NCBI GenBank assembly: GCA_964187785.1
Contig: OZ076409.1
Span: 76,014,001-76,078,000 of the forward strand
Direction: 5' to 3'
Length of the DNA: 64,000 bases
Origin: Amphiscolops sp. MND2022
Lineage: Eukaryota
Shown here in pieces: positions 50,551 to 64,000 of this stretch; position 1 is the first letter of the stretch, and each line of letters begins with the position of its first letter. Under the pieces are notes generated by a model that saw only the letters and a program-made list of their open reading frames with translations, was not told the DNA's origin and ran no database searches. A program made the position numbers and the translations under genes.

Positions 50551-53500
50551 CTAGCCCGGCATGTACGGGCGTCGTTTGATATGGATTTGTCATACGTCGT
50601 CGAAGGGCATGCCTCGGCATGCCCACAGACGGTGTGCGTTGATGTAAAGTGTGTGGCGTTGACGTTAATTAAACTAAAATATGACGTTTCAGCTTCCATA
50701 ATGAAATGTAATTATCAATTTGAACTTTTATAAATCTGTTACAAACATTCCAATTAATACCATTTGTTAGGTAAATAGGTTGCCTGGCATTTAGGACACA
50801 TTTTGTATGGAAAAAACCATTTTTTCAACAATTTGCTCACTATGATTCTAATAACGGAATCATGACGGCATAGTTTTTGTCGTTGATACACTGTTGATGA
50901 AGCTCTAATTGGTACTAATGCAATATATACCTACCCAAAAACACTCTTGATTAACGATTTCAGAAGGATAGCGCTTCCAAGTTGACACCAGGCCAACTTG
51001 AAAGGCTATCATAAGGTAACGGTTATGTTGGTTGAGGTTTCGGAGTCTCTGAAACTATATGGAAAAACTTTAATTTTTAAAAATAGTCCACAAGAGTCGG
51101 AAAAATTACGCCGAAAGACATTTTAAAACCAAAAAACCTATCCTGTCTCCAACGTTTTGACTTCCGGTGCTATATACCGTTACCCCCCACAAGGTTTCAT
51201 GACTATGTTCACTACTGTAGACCGTCGAAACACCTAATAGATACTTTTATCTACAAAATACAAAACATTTGTACCCAATAGACACAAAATTTGACCATTT
51301 CCGGTCGTTTACGGTACCAGGGGGACTTTAGGGTCAACATAACGGTTATTTCCGAATGCACGCCTCACGTCCTCCCTTACCTCATATAGTGTCCAAGCAC
51401 CTATTACCACTCCTTCCGCACCTAAATACACTTGAAAAAGTATAAAAATTGCAATTTTACCCACATAACGGTCATTTCCGGTCCCAAGGGGTAACGGGGG
51501 GTGACTAAAACTATATCCCCCAACTCGTCTCATTGAGTACTACAATAAGTTACCTAACGTTCCCCGGCTGGGACCGACCCTTTGGGCTCAAAAAGTGACA
51601 TTTCCGGTCACATAGCGGTTAGGCTGGGGGGCCAAGTCGGTAACGGTGATAGATAGCGGAAATCTGTTTGCCCCCCTGAAGGCACCATATCATGGGTATG
51701 AAACCTTGTAGTAGTGATGGACACGATTGCTCCACGCGTTCACGAGATATTTACCCCTCAATGCCCATTTTACGGTTTTAGCACTAAAAAAAGGAGGCGG
51801 AAGCCCCATTTCCCGCTAACGGGTTGGTCCAGGGGGTCCCAAACTACATGTTTCCGATAGGTCCTTGTCTAAACCTACTTTTGTTATATAACACCCGACG
51901 CGCTACTCCCACTCCTTCACACCGGAAATAGCGGTAAAACGTGGAGGGGGGCATTTTTCACGCTCATATAACGGTCATTTCCCGTCCGGGGGGTAAATTG
52001 AGGTTGGCAAACTACTTGTCCCCCACTTCGTCTCAAGGCCGTCCCCAATACATCACCTAACGACCCCGCGCTCAGACGACTCCTTCCGGGTCAAAAACCT
52101 GCGTTTCCGGAAAAATAACGGTTTGAGCGGGGGGGTACTTGGAGATAGCTTCAAGATAGAAAAATTTGGTTTGGACCTCCGGAGCCCTTGCATTACGGTC
52201 AAGAAACTTTTAGCAGGGTTCCAAAGTTTTAAATCAACAGAAAAAAAGTTATGTGGACCAATATGAATTTTACCCCTAAAATGACCCCCTAACGGTCGCC
52301 CGTGTGGCCAGAAAAAAATTTTCCGGGGTATGGAACCCGGTGGGGGGCGATCAATTTTGGAAAATCTGGTGGGGGCCGCTCCAACTTTAAAATCCTATGG
52401 TTAGATCACGAGATCCCGAAATTTTTGCAAGATTTCCTATCGATAGCTATTAGAGTTGAAATCGGATTCAGGACCCTACCCGAATCCTCCAAAAATTTTG
52501 TTGGGGTTACCCCCCCGCACCTAGCCCGGCATGTACGGGCGTCGTTTGATATGGATTTGTCATACGTCGTCGAAGGGCATGCCTCGGCATGCCCACAGAC
52601 GATGGGCGTTGATGTAAAGTGTGTGGCGTTGACGTTAATTAAACTAAAATATGACGTTTCAGCTTCCATAATGAAATGTAATATTCAATTTGAACTTTTA
52701 TAAATCTGTTACAAACATTCCAATTAACACCATTTGTTAGGTAAATAGGTTTCCTGGCATTTAGGACACATTTTGTATGGAAAAAACCATTTTTTTCAAC
52801 AATTTGCTCACTATGATTCTAATAACGGAATCATGACGGCATAGTTTTTGTCGTTGATACACTGTTGATGAAGCTCTAATTGGTACTAATGCAATATATA
52901 CCTACCCAAAAACACTCTTGATTACCGATTTCAGAAGGATAGCGCTTCCAAGTTGACACCAGGCCAACTTGAAAGGCTATCATAAGGTAACGGTTATGTT
53001 GGTTGAGGTTTCGGAGTCTCTGAAACTATATGGAAAAACTTTAATTTTTAAAAATAGTCCACAAGAGTCGAAAAAATTACGCCGAAAGACATTTTAAAAC
53101 CAAAAAACCTATCCTGTCTCCAACGGTTTGACTTCCGGTGCTATATACCGTTACCCCCCACAAGGTTTCATGACTATGTTCACTACTGTAGTCCGTCGAA
53201 ACACCTAATAGATACTTTTATCTACAAAATACAAAACATTTGTACCCAATAGACACAAAATTTGACCATTTCCGGTCGTTTACGGTACCAGGGGGACTTT
53301 AGGGTCAACATAACGGTTATTTCCGAATGCTCGCCTCACGTCCTCTCTTACCTCATATAGTGTCCAAGCACCTATTACCACTCCTTCCGCACCTAAATAC
53401 ACTTGAAAAAGTATAAAAATTGCAATTTTACCCACATAACGGTCATTTCCGGTCCCAAGGGGTAACGGGGGGTGACTGAAACTATATCCCCCAACTCGTC

Positions 53501-56500
53501 TCACTGAGTACTACAATAAGTTACCTAACGTTCCCCGGCTGGGACCGACCCTTTGGGCTCAAAAAGTGACATTTCCGGTCACATAGCGGTTAGGCTGGGG
53601 GGCCAAGTCCGTAACGGTGATAGATAGCGGAAATCTGTTTGCCCCCCTGAAGGCACCATATCATGGGTATGAAACCTTGTAGTAGTGATGGACACGATTG
53701 CTCCACGCGTTCACGAGATATTTACCCCTCAATGCCCATTTTCCGTTTTTAACCGTAAAAAAAGGAGGCGGAAGCCCCATTTCCCGCTAACGGGTTGGTC
53801 CAGGGGGTCCCAAACCACATGTTTCCGATAGGTCCTTGTCTAAACCTACTTTTGATATATGGCACCCGACGCGCTACTCCCACTCCTTCACACCGGAAAT
53901 AGCGGTAAAACGTGGAGGGGGGCATTTTTCACGCTCATATAACGGTCATTTCCCGTCCGGGGGGTAAATTGAGGTTGGCAAACTACTTGTCCCCCACTTC
54001 GTCTCAAGGCCGTCCCCAATACATCACCTAACGACCCCGCGCTCAGACGACTCCTTCCGGGTCAAAAACCTGCGTTTCCGGAAAAATAACGGTTTGAGCG
54101 GGGGGGTACTTGGAGATAGCTTCAAGATAGAAAAATTTGGTTTGGACCTTCGGGGCCCCTGCAACACGGTCAAGAAACTTTTAGCAGGGTTCCAAAGTTT
54201 TAAATCAACAGAAAAAAAGTTATGTGGCCCAATATGATTTTTACCCCTAAAATGACCCCCTAACGGTCGCCCGTGTGGCCAGAAAAAAATTTTCCGGGGT
54301 ATGGAACCCGGTGGGGGGCGCTAATTTTCGGAAAATCTGGTGGGGGCCGCTCCAACTTTAAAATCCTATGGTTAGATCACGAGATCCCGAAATTTTTGCA
54401 AGATTTCCTATCGATAGCTATTAGAGTTAAAATCGGATTCAGGACCCTACCCGAATCCTCCAATATATTTGTTGGGGTTTCCCCCCCGCACCTAGCTGCT
54501 ACCGCGCTCGGGGGTGTTGTGTTGGAGGAATTTGGTATACGTCGTCGAAGGGCATGCCTCGGCATGCCCACAGACGGTGGGCGTTGATGTAAAGTATGTG
54601 GCGTTGACGTTAATTAATTTATAATTTGACGTTTCAGCTTCCATAATGAAACGTAATATTCAATTTGAACTTTTATTAGCTGTTATATACAATCCAATCA
54701 ATACCATTTGTTTGGTAAAGAGTTTTTCTGGCATTTAGGACACATTTGAAATGTAAAAAATCAACTTTCTCAATATTTTGTTAACTAATATTCTAATAAC
54801 GGAATCATCACGACATAGTTTTTATCGTTGGCAAACTTTTCTTGAAGCTCTAATTGATTCTAAAGTAAAACAAACATACTCAAAAACACACTTGATTAAT
54901 GATTTTTGAAGGATAGCCCTTCCAAGTTGACACCAGGCCAACTTGAAAGGCTATCATAAGGAAACGGTTATGTTGGTTGAGGTTTCGGAGTCTCTGAAAC
55001 TATATGGAAAAACTTTATTTTTCAAAAATAGTCCATAATAGTCAACAAAAGTAGGCCGAAAGACATTTTAAAACCAAAAAACTTATCCTGTCTCCAACGG
55101 TTTGCACTTCCGGTGCTATATACCGTTACCCCCCACAAGGTTTCATGACTATGTTCACGACTGCAGACCGTCGAAACACCTAATAGGCACTGTTATCCAT
55201 AAAACACCAAACATTTGTACCCTAAAAACACGACATTTGACCATTACGGGTCACTTCCGGTACCAGGGGGACTTTAGGGTCAACATAACGGTTATTTCCG
55301 AATGCTCGCCTCACGTCCTCCCTATCATCATATAGTGTCCAAGCACCTATTACCACTCCTTCCGCACCTAAATACCCTTCAAAAAGTACAAAAAATGCCA
55401 ATTTACCCACATAACGGTCATTTCCGGTCCCAAGGGGTAACGGGGGGTGACTGAAACTATGTCCCCCAACTCGTCTCATTGAGTACTACAATAAGTTACC
55501 TAACGTTGCCCGGCTAGGATCGACCCTTTGGGCTCAAAAAGTGCAATTTCCGGTCACATAGCGGTTAGGCTGGGGGGCCAAGTTGGTAACGGTGATAGAT
55601 AGCGGTAATCTGTTTGCCCCCCTGAAGGCACCATATCATGGGTATGAAACCTTGTAGTAGTGATGGACACGATTGCTCCACGCGTTCACGAGATATTTAC
55701 CCCTCAATGCCCGTTTTCCGGTTTTAACCGTAAAAAAACGGGCCGGAAGCCCCATTTCTCGCTAACGGGTTGGTCCAGGGGGTCCCAAACTACATGTTTC
55801 CGATAGGTCCTTGTCTGAACCTACTTTTGATATATGGCACCCGACGCGCTACTCCCACTCCTTCACACCGGAAAAAGCGGTAAAACGTGGAGGGGGGCAT
55901 TTTTCCCGCTCATATAACGGTCATTTCCCGTCCGGGGGGTAAACTGGGGTCGGCAAACTGCATGTCCCCCACTTCGTCTCAAGGCCGTCCCCAAAACATC
56001 ACCTAACGACCCCGCGCTCAGACGACTCCTTCCGGGTCAAAAACCTGCGTTTCCGGAAAAATAACGTTTTGGGCGGGGGGGTACTTGGAGATAGCTTCGA
56101 GATAGAAAAATTTGGTTTGGACCTCCGGAGCCACTGCAACACGGTCAAGAAACTTTTAGCAGGGTCCCAAAGTTTTAAATCAACAGAAAAAAAGTTATGT
56201 GGCCCAATATGAATTTTACCCCTAAAATGACCCCCTAACGGTCGCCCGTGTGGCCAGAAAAAAATTTTCCGGGGTATGGAACCCGGTGGGGGGCGCTAAT
56301 TTTCGGAAAATCTGGTGGGGGCCGCTCCAACTTTAAAATCCTATGGTTAGATCACGAGATCCCGAATCCTATCCAAATTTTCTTAACGAAAGCTGGCAGC
56401 ACTGAACTCGGATTCAGGACCCTACCCGAATCCTCCAAAAATTTTGTTGGGGTTTCCCCCCCGCACCTAGCCCGGCATGTACGGGCGTCGTTTGATAAGG

Positions 56501-59500
56501 ATTTGTCATACGTCGTCGAAGGGCATGCCTCGGCATGCCCACAGACGGTGTGCGTTGATGTAAAGTGTGTGGCGTTGACGTTAATTAAACTAAAATATGA
56601 CATTTCAGCTTCCATAATGAAATGTAATATTCAATTTGAACTTTTATAAATCTGTTACAAACATTCCAATTAATACCATTTGTTAGGTAAATAGGTTTCC
56701 TGGCATTTAGGACACATTTTGTATGGAAAAAACCATTTTTTTCAACAATTTGCTCACTATGATTCTAATAACGGAATCATGACGGCATAGTTTTTGTCGT
56801 TGATACACTGTTGATGAAGCTCTAATTGGTACTAATGCAATATATACCTACCCAAACACACTCTTGATTAACGATTTCAGAAGGATAGCGCTTCCAAGTT
56901 GACACCAGGCCAACTTGAAAGGCTATCATAAGGTAACGGTTATGTTGGTTGAGGTTTCGGAGTCTCTGAAACTATATGGAAAAACTTTAATTTTTAAAAA
57001 TAGTCCACAAGAGTCGAAAAAATTACGCCGAAAGACATTTTAAAACCAAAAAACCTATCCTGTCTCCAACGGTTTGACTTCCGGTGCTATATACCGTTAC
57101 CCCCCACAAGGTTTCATGACTATGTTCACTACTGTAGACCGTCGAAACACCTAATAGATACTTTTATCTACAAAATACAAAACATTTGTACCCAATAGAC
57201 ACAAAATTTGACCATTTCCGGTCGTTTACGGTACCAGGGGGACTTTAGGGTCAACATAACGGTTATTTCCGAATGCTCGCCTCACGTCCTCCCTTACCTC
57301 ATATAGTGTCCAAGCACCTATTACCACTCCTTCCGCACCTAAATACACTTGAAAAAGTATAAAAATTGCAATTTTACCCACATAACGGTCATTTCCGGTC
57401 CCAAGGGGTAACGGGGGGTGACTGAAACTATATCCCCCAACTCGTCTCATTGAGTACTACAATAAGTTACCTAACGTTCCCCGGCTGGGACCGACCCTTT
57501 GGGCTCAAAAAGTGACATTTCCGGTCACATAGCGGTTAGGCTGGGGGGCCAAGTCGGTAACGGTGATAGATAGCGGAAATCTGTTTGCCCCCCTGAAGGC
57601 ACCATATCATGGGTATGAAACCTTGTAGTAGTGATGGACACGATTGCTCCACGCGTTCACGAGATATTTACCCCTCAATGCCCATTTTACGGTTTTAGCA
57701 CTAAAAAAAGGAGGCGGAAGCCCCATTTCCCGCTAACGGGTTGGTCCAGGGGGTCCCAAACTACATGTTTCCGATAGGTCCTTGTCTAAACCTACTTTTG
57801 TTATATAACACCCGACGCGCTACTCCCACTCCTTCACACCGGAAATAGCGGTAAAACGTGGAGGGGGGCATTTTTCACGCTCATATAACGGTCATTTCCC
57901 GTCCGGGGGGTAAATTGAGGTTGGCAAACTACTTGTCCCCCACTTCGTCTCAAGGCCGTCCCCAATACATCACCTAACGACCCCGCGCTCAGACGACTCC
58001 TTCCGGGTCAAAAACCTGCGTTTCCGGAAAAATAACGGTTTGAGCGGGGGGGTACTTGGAGATAGCTTCAAGATAGAAAAATTTGGTTTGGACCTTCGGG
58101 GCCCCTGCAACACGGTCAAGAAACTTTTAGCAGGGTTCCAAAGTTTTAAATCAACAGAAAAAAAGTTATGTGGCCCAATATGAATTTTACCCCTAAAATG
58201 ACCCCCTAACGGTCGCCCGTGTGGCCAGAAAAAAATTTTCCGGGGTATGGAACCCGGTGGGGGGCGAATAACTTTGGAAAATCTGGTGGGGGCCGCTCCA
58301 ACTTTAAAATCCTATGGTTAGATCACGAGATCCCGAAATTTTTGCAAGATTTCCTATCGATAGCTATTAGAGTTAAAATCGGATTCAGGACCCTACCCGA
58401 ATCCTCCAATATCTTTGTAGGGGTTACCCCCCCGCACCTAGCCCGGCATGTACGGGCGTCGTTTGGGTATGTATTTGGTATACGTCGTCGAAGGGCATGC
58501 CTCGGCATGCCCACAGACGGTGGGCGTTGATGTAAAGTGTGTGGCGTTGACGTTAATTAAACTAAAATATTACGTTTCAGCTTCCATTTTGAATCGTAAT
58601 AATTAATTTGAAATTTTATAAATCTGTTACATACATTCCAATCAATACCATTTGTTAGTTAAATAGGTTTCCTGGCATTTAGGACACATTTTATATGGAA
58701 AAAATCAATTTTCTCAACAATTTGCTAACTATTATTCTAATAACGGAATCATCACGACATAGTTTTTGTCGTTGGCAAACTTTTCTTGAAGCTCTAATTG
58801 ATTCTAAAGTGATACAAACATACCCAAAAACACACCTGATTGACGATTTTTGAAGGATAGCCCTTCCAAGTTGACACCAGGCCAACTTGAAAGGCTATCA
58901 TGAGGTAACGGTTATGTTGGTTGAGGTTTCGGAGTCTCTGAAACTATATGGAAAAACTTTAATTTTTAAAAATAGTCCTTAATAGTCAACAAAAGTACGT
59001 CGAAAGACATTTTAAAATCAAAAAACCTATCCTGTCTCCAACGGTTTGGATTTCCGGTGCTATATACCGTTACCCCCCACAAGGTTTCATGACTATGTTC
59101 ACTACTGCAAACCGTCGAAACACCTAATAGATACTTTTATTTACAAAATACCAAACATTTGTACCCAATAGACACAAAATTTGACCATTTCCGGTTGTTT
59201 ACGGTACCAGGGGGACTTTAGGGTCAACATAACGGTTATGTCCGAATGCTCGCCTCACGTCCTCCCTTACCTCATATAGTGTCCAAGCCCCTATTACCAC
59301 TCCTTCCGCATCTAAATGCCCTTCAAATAGGACAAAAATGGCAAATTTACTCACATAACGGTCATTTCCGGTCCCAAGGGGTAACGGGGGGTGACTGAAA
59401 CTATGTCCCCCAACTCGTCTCAATGAGTACTACAATAAGTTACCTAACGTTCCCTGGCTGGGACCGACCCTTTGGGCTCAAAATATGACATTTCCGGTCA

Positions 59501-62500
59501 CTTAACGGTTAGGCTGGGGGGCCAAGTCCGTAACGGTGATAGATAGCGGAAATCTGTTTGCCCCTCTGAAGGCACCATATCATGGGTATGAAACCTTGTA
59601 GGAGTGAAGGACACCGTAGCTCCACGCGTTCACGAGATATTTACCCCTCAATGCCCATTTTCCGTTTTTAACCGTAAAAAAACGGGCCGGAAGCCCCATT
59701 TCCTGCTAACGGGTTGGTCCAGGGGGTCCCAAACCACATGTTTCCGATAGATCCTTGTCTAAACCTACTTTTGATATATGGCACCCGACGCGCTACTCCC
59801 ACTCCTTCACACCGGAAATAGCGGTAAAACGTGGAGGGGGGCATTTTTCCCGCTCAAATAACGGTCATTTCCGGTCCGGGGGGTAAACTGGGGTTGGCAA
59901 ACTGCATGTCCCCCACTTCGTCTCAAGGCCGTCCCCAATACATCACCTAACGACCCCGCGCTCCGACGACTCCTTCCGGGTCAAAAACCTGCGTTTCCGG
60001 AAAAATAACGTTTTGGGCGGGGGGGTACTTGGAGATAGCTTCAAGATAGAAAAATTTGGTTTGGACCTCCGGGGCCCCTGCAACACGGTCAAGAAACTTT
60101 TAGCAGGGTCCCAAAGTTTTAAATCAACAGAAAAAAAGTTATGTGGCCCAATATGAATTTTACCCCTAAAATGACCCCCTAACGGTCGCCCGTGTGGCCA
60201 GAAAAAAATTTTCCGGGGTATGGAACCCGGTGGGGGGCGCTAATTTTCGGAAAATCTGGTGGGGGCCGCTCCAACTTTAAAATCCTATGGTTAGATCACG
60301 AGATCCCGAATCCTATCCAAATTTTCTTAACGAAAGCTGGCAGCACTGAACTCGGATTCAGGACCCTACCCGAATCCTCCAAAAATTTTGTTGGGGTTTC
60401 CCCCCCGCACCTAGCCCGGCATGTACGGGCGTCGTTAGAAGGGATTTGCCATACGTCGTCGAAGGGCATGCCTCGGCATGCCCACAGACGGTGGGCGTTG
60501 ATGTAAAGTGTGTGGCGTTGACGTTAATTAAACTAAAATATTACGTTTGAGCTTCCATAATGAAACGTAATAATCAATTTGAACTTTTATAACTCTGTTA
60601 CATACATTCCAATCAATACCATTTGTTAGTTAAATAGGTTTCCTGGCAATTAGGACACATTTTATATGGAAAAAATCAATTTTCTCAACAATTTGCTAAC
60701 TTTTATTCTAATAACGGAATCATCACGACATAGTTTTTGTCGTTGGCAAACTTTTCTTGAAGCTCTATTTGATTCTAAAATGATACAAACATACCCAAAA
60801 ACACACTTGATTGACGATTTTTGAAGGATAGCCCTTCCAAGTTGACACCAGGCCAACTTGAAAGGCTATCATGAGGTAACGGTTATGTTGGTTGAGGTTT
60901 CGGAGTCTCTAAAACTATATGGAAAAACTTTAATTTTTAAAAGTAGTCCTTAATAGTCGACAAAAGTACGCCGAAAGACATTTTAAAACCAAAAAACCTA
61001 TCCTGTCTCCAACGGTTTGGACTTCCGGTGCTATATACCGTTACCCCCCACAAGGTTTCATGACTATGTTCACTACTGCAGACCGTCGAAACACCTAATA
61101 GATACTTTTATCTACAAAATACCAAACATTTGTACCCTATAAAGAGAAAATTTTGACCATTTCCGGTCGTTTACGGTACCAGGGGGACTTTGGGGTCAAC
61201 ATAACGGTTATTTCCGAATGCTCGCCTCATATCCTCCCTTACCTCATATAGTGTCCAAGCACCTATTACCACTCCTTCCGCATCTAAATGCCCTTCAAAT
61301 AGGACAAAAACGGCAAATTTACTCACATAACGGTCATTTCCGGTCTTAAGGGGTAACGGGGGGTGACTGAAACTATGTCCCCCAACTCATCTCAATGAGT
61401 ACTACAATAAGTTACCTAACGTTCCCTGGCTGGGACCGACCCTTTGGGCTCAAAAAGTGACATTTCCGGTCACTTAGCGGTTAGGCTGGGGGGCCAAGTC
61501 CGTAACGGTGATAGATAGCGGAAATCTGTTTGCCCCCCTGAAGGCACCATATCATGGGTATGAAACCTTGTAGTAGTGAGGGACACCGTAGCTCCACGCG
61601 TTCACGAGATATTTACCCCTCAATGCCCATTTTCCGTTTTTAACCGTAAAAAAACGGGCCGGAAGCCCCATTTCCTGCTAACGGGTTGGTCCAGGGGGTC
61701 CCAAACCACATGTTTCCGATAGATCCTTGTCTAAACCTACTTTTGATATATGGCACCCGACGCGCTACTCCCACTCCTTCACACCGGAAATAGCGGTAAA
61801 ACGTGGAGGGGGACATTTTTGCCGCTCATATAACGGTAATTTCCCGTCCGGGGGGTAAACTGAGGTTGGCAAACTACATGTCCCCCACTTCGTCTCAACG
61901 CCGTCCCCGAAACATCACCTAACGACCCCGCGCTCAGACGACTCCTTCCGGGTCAAAAACCTGCGTTTCCGGAAAAATAACGGTTTGAGCAGGGGGGTAC
62001 TTGGAGATAGCTTCAAGATAGAAAAATTTGGTTTGGACCTCCGGAGCCACTGCAACACGGTCAAGAAACTTTTAGCAGGGTACCAAAGTTTTAAATCAAC
62101 AGAAAAAAAGTTATGTGGTCCAATATGAATTTTACCCCTAAAATGACCCCCTAACGGTCGCCCGTGTGGCCAGAAAAAAATTTTCCGGGGTATGGAACCC
62201 GGTGGGGGGCGATCAATTTTGGAAAATCTGGTGGGGGCCGCTCCAACTTTAAAATCCTATGGTTAGATCACGAGATCCCGAAATTTTTGCAAGATTTCCT
62301 ATCGATAGCTATTAGAGTTGAAATCGGATTCAGGACCCTACCCGAATCCTCCAAAATTTTTGTTGGGGTTACCCCCCCGCACCTAGCTGCTACCGCGGGT
62401 GGGTGTAGATATTAAAGGTGTTTGTTATACGTCGTCGAAGGGCATGCCTCGGCATGCCCACAGACGGTGGGCGTTGATGTAAAGTATGTGGCGTTGACGT

Positions 62501-64000
62501 TAATTAAACTAAAACGTGAGGTTTCAGCTTCCATAATGAGACCTATTGAAAATATTGATCTTCTTTTTCAATGTTAGTTAGTTTTAGTCAATACCATTTA
62601 TTATTTTATTCAATTTGGTGGCATTTGGACACATTTTGAATGGGAAAAATCAACTTTGTAAACAATTTGTTAACTGTTATTCTTATAACGGAATTATCAC
62701 GACATTGTTTTGCCGTTGGCAAAATGTTGATGAAGCTCTTATTGGTACTAATGCAACATATACCTACCCAAAAACACTCTTGCTTAACGATTTTAGAAGG
62801 ATAGCCCTTCCAAGTTGACACCAGGTCAACTTGAAAGGCTATCAAAATGTAACGGTTATGTTGACTGAAGCATTGGAGGTCCCTGAAACTAATGTGAAAA
62901 AATTTTATTTCCCAAAAAAGTCCGTAATAGTTGATATTTTGACGATTCAACCCACAAAACTACGCCTAAAGACATTTTGAAACCAAAAAACCTATTCTGT
63001 GACCAACGGTTTGGACTTCCGGTGCTATATACCGTTACCCCCCACAAGGTTTCATGACTATGTTCACTTCTGGAGACCTTTAAAACACCTTCCAGGTACT
63101 TTTATCTATAAAATACCAAACATTTGTACCCTATGAACACAAAATGTGGCCATTTCCGGTCGTTAACGGTACCAGGGGGACTTTGGGGTCAACATAACGG
63201 TTATTTCCGAATGCTCGCCTCACGTCCTCCCTTACCTCATATAGTGTCCAAGCACCTATTACCACTCCTTCCGCACCTAAATACACTTCAAATAATATAA
63301 AAATTGCAAATTTACCCACATAACGGTCATTTCCGGTCTCAAGGGGTAACGGGGGTGACTGAAACTAGATCCCCCAACTCGTCTCAATGAGTACTACAAT
63401 ATGTTACCTATCGTTGCCCGGCTAGGATCGACCCTTTGGGCTCAAAAAGTGCAATTTCCGGTCACATAGCGGTTAGGCTGGGGGGCCAAGTCGGTAACGG
63501 TGATAGATAGCGGTAATCTGTTTGCCCCCCTGAAGGCACCATATCATGGGTATGAAACCTTGTAGTAGTGATGGACACGATTGCTCCACGCGTTCACGAG
63601 ATATTTACCCCTCAATGCCCGTTTTCCGGTTTTAACAGCAAAAAAAGGAGGCGATCACCCTAATAGCGGCTAACGGGTTGGGTCAGGGGGTCCGAAACCA
63701 CATGTTTCCGGTTGGTCCTTGTCTAAACCTACTTTTGATATATGGCACCCGACACCCTACTCCCACTCCTTCACACCGGAAATTGCGGGGAAAATTGAAG
63801 GGGGGCATTTTTAAAACTCACATAACGGTCATTTCCCGTCCGAGGGGTAAACTGGGGTCGGCAAACTACATGTCCCCCAACACGTCTCCAGATGCACTAC
63901 AAAACATTACCAAACGACTCCGTGCTCAGACGACTCCTTCCCTGTCAAAAAAGGCAATTTCCGGCAAAATAACGGTTGGGCCGGGGGGGCAAGTCCGTAA
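50551..64000. repeat. Seven tandem family-A units (last one truncated by the window end)
   Basis: Junction spacings 1970, 1971, 1975, 1971, 1973, 1972, then a partial unit. Confidence 0.95.

Larger units (their letters stand above)
20513..64000. repeat. Heterogeneous head-to-tail array of 24 non-coding units joined at (C/G)AC|CYAG
   Basis: Unit starts (CYAG) at 20513, 22527, 23797, 25187, 26245, 29035, 31005, 32978, 34971, 36946, 38937, 40912, 42884, 44877, 46848, 48127, 49161, 50551, 52521, 54492, 56467, 58438, 60411 and 62383. Confidence 0.92.

Noticed and set aside
29014..63319. Recurrent short ORFs in the array (MWPEKNFPG..., MRRVGG...)
   Set aside because: They recur only because the DNA is repeated; lengths and frames vary between units and no domain is recognisable.
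20513..64000. CRISPR array or rDNA/5S/snRNA/histone tandem cluster
   Set aside because: Unit size is 1-2.8 kb, there are no cas genes, the context is eukaryotic, and I recognise no rRNA, snRNA, tRNA or histone sequence.

Overview
Eukaryotic (probably invertebrate animal) repeat-rich DNA with no recognisable host gene. (1) 425-1013: decayed Tc1/mariner transposase, cut by the next element. (2) 1014-17648: an unusually large (>16.6 kb) Ty3/Gypsy LTR retrotransposon on the minus strand (gag with two CCHC knuckles, then degraded PR-RT-RH-IN). Between pol and the 3' LTR it carries an antisense, intron-containing gene for a ~900-aa zinc-finger protein. The whole element carries over 40 copies of a paired motif CATC-N7-CATC (both orientations, often ~60 bp apart). 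(3) A 200-N gap and ~2.6 kb of unclassified DNA. (4) 20513-64000: a head-to-tail array of 24 non-coding units from four sequence families (A ~2 kb, B ~1.27 kb, C 1.39 kb, D ~1.05 kb). All are joined at one short junction, (C/G)AC|CYAG, share end motifs and stem-loops, and appear in shuffled order, like a cassette array. No mobilising enzyme for the array is present in the window.
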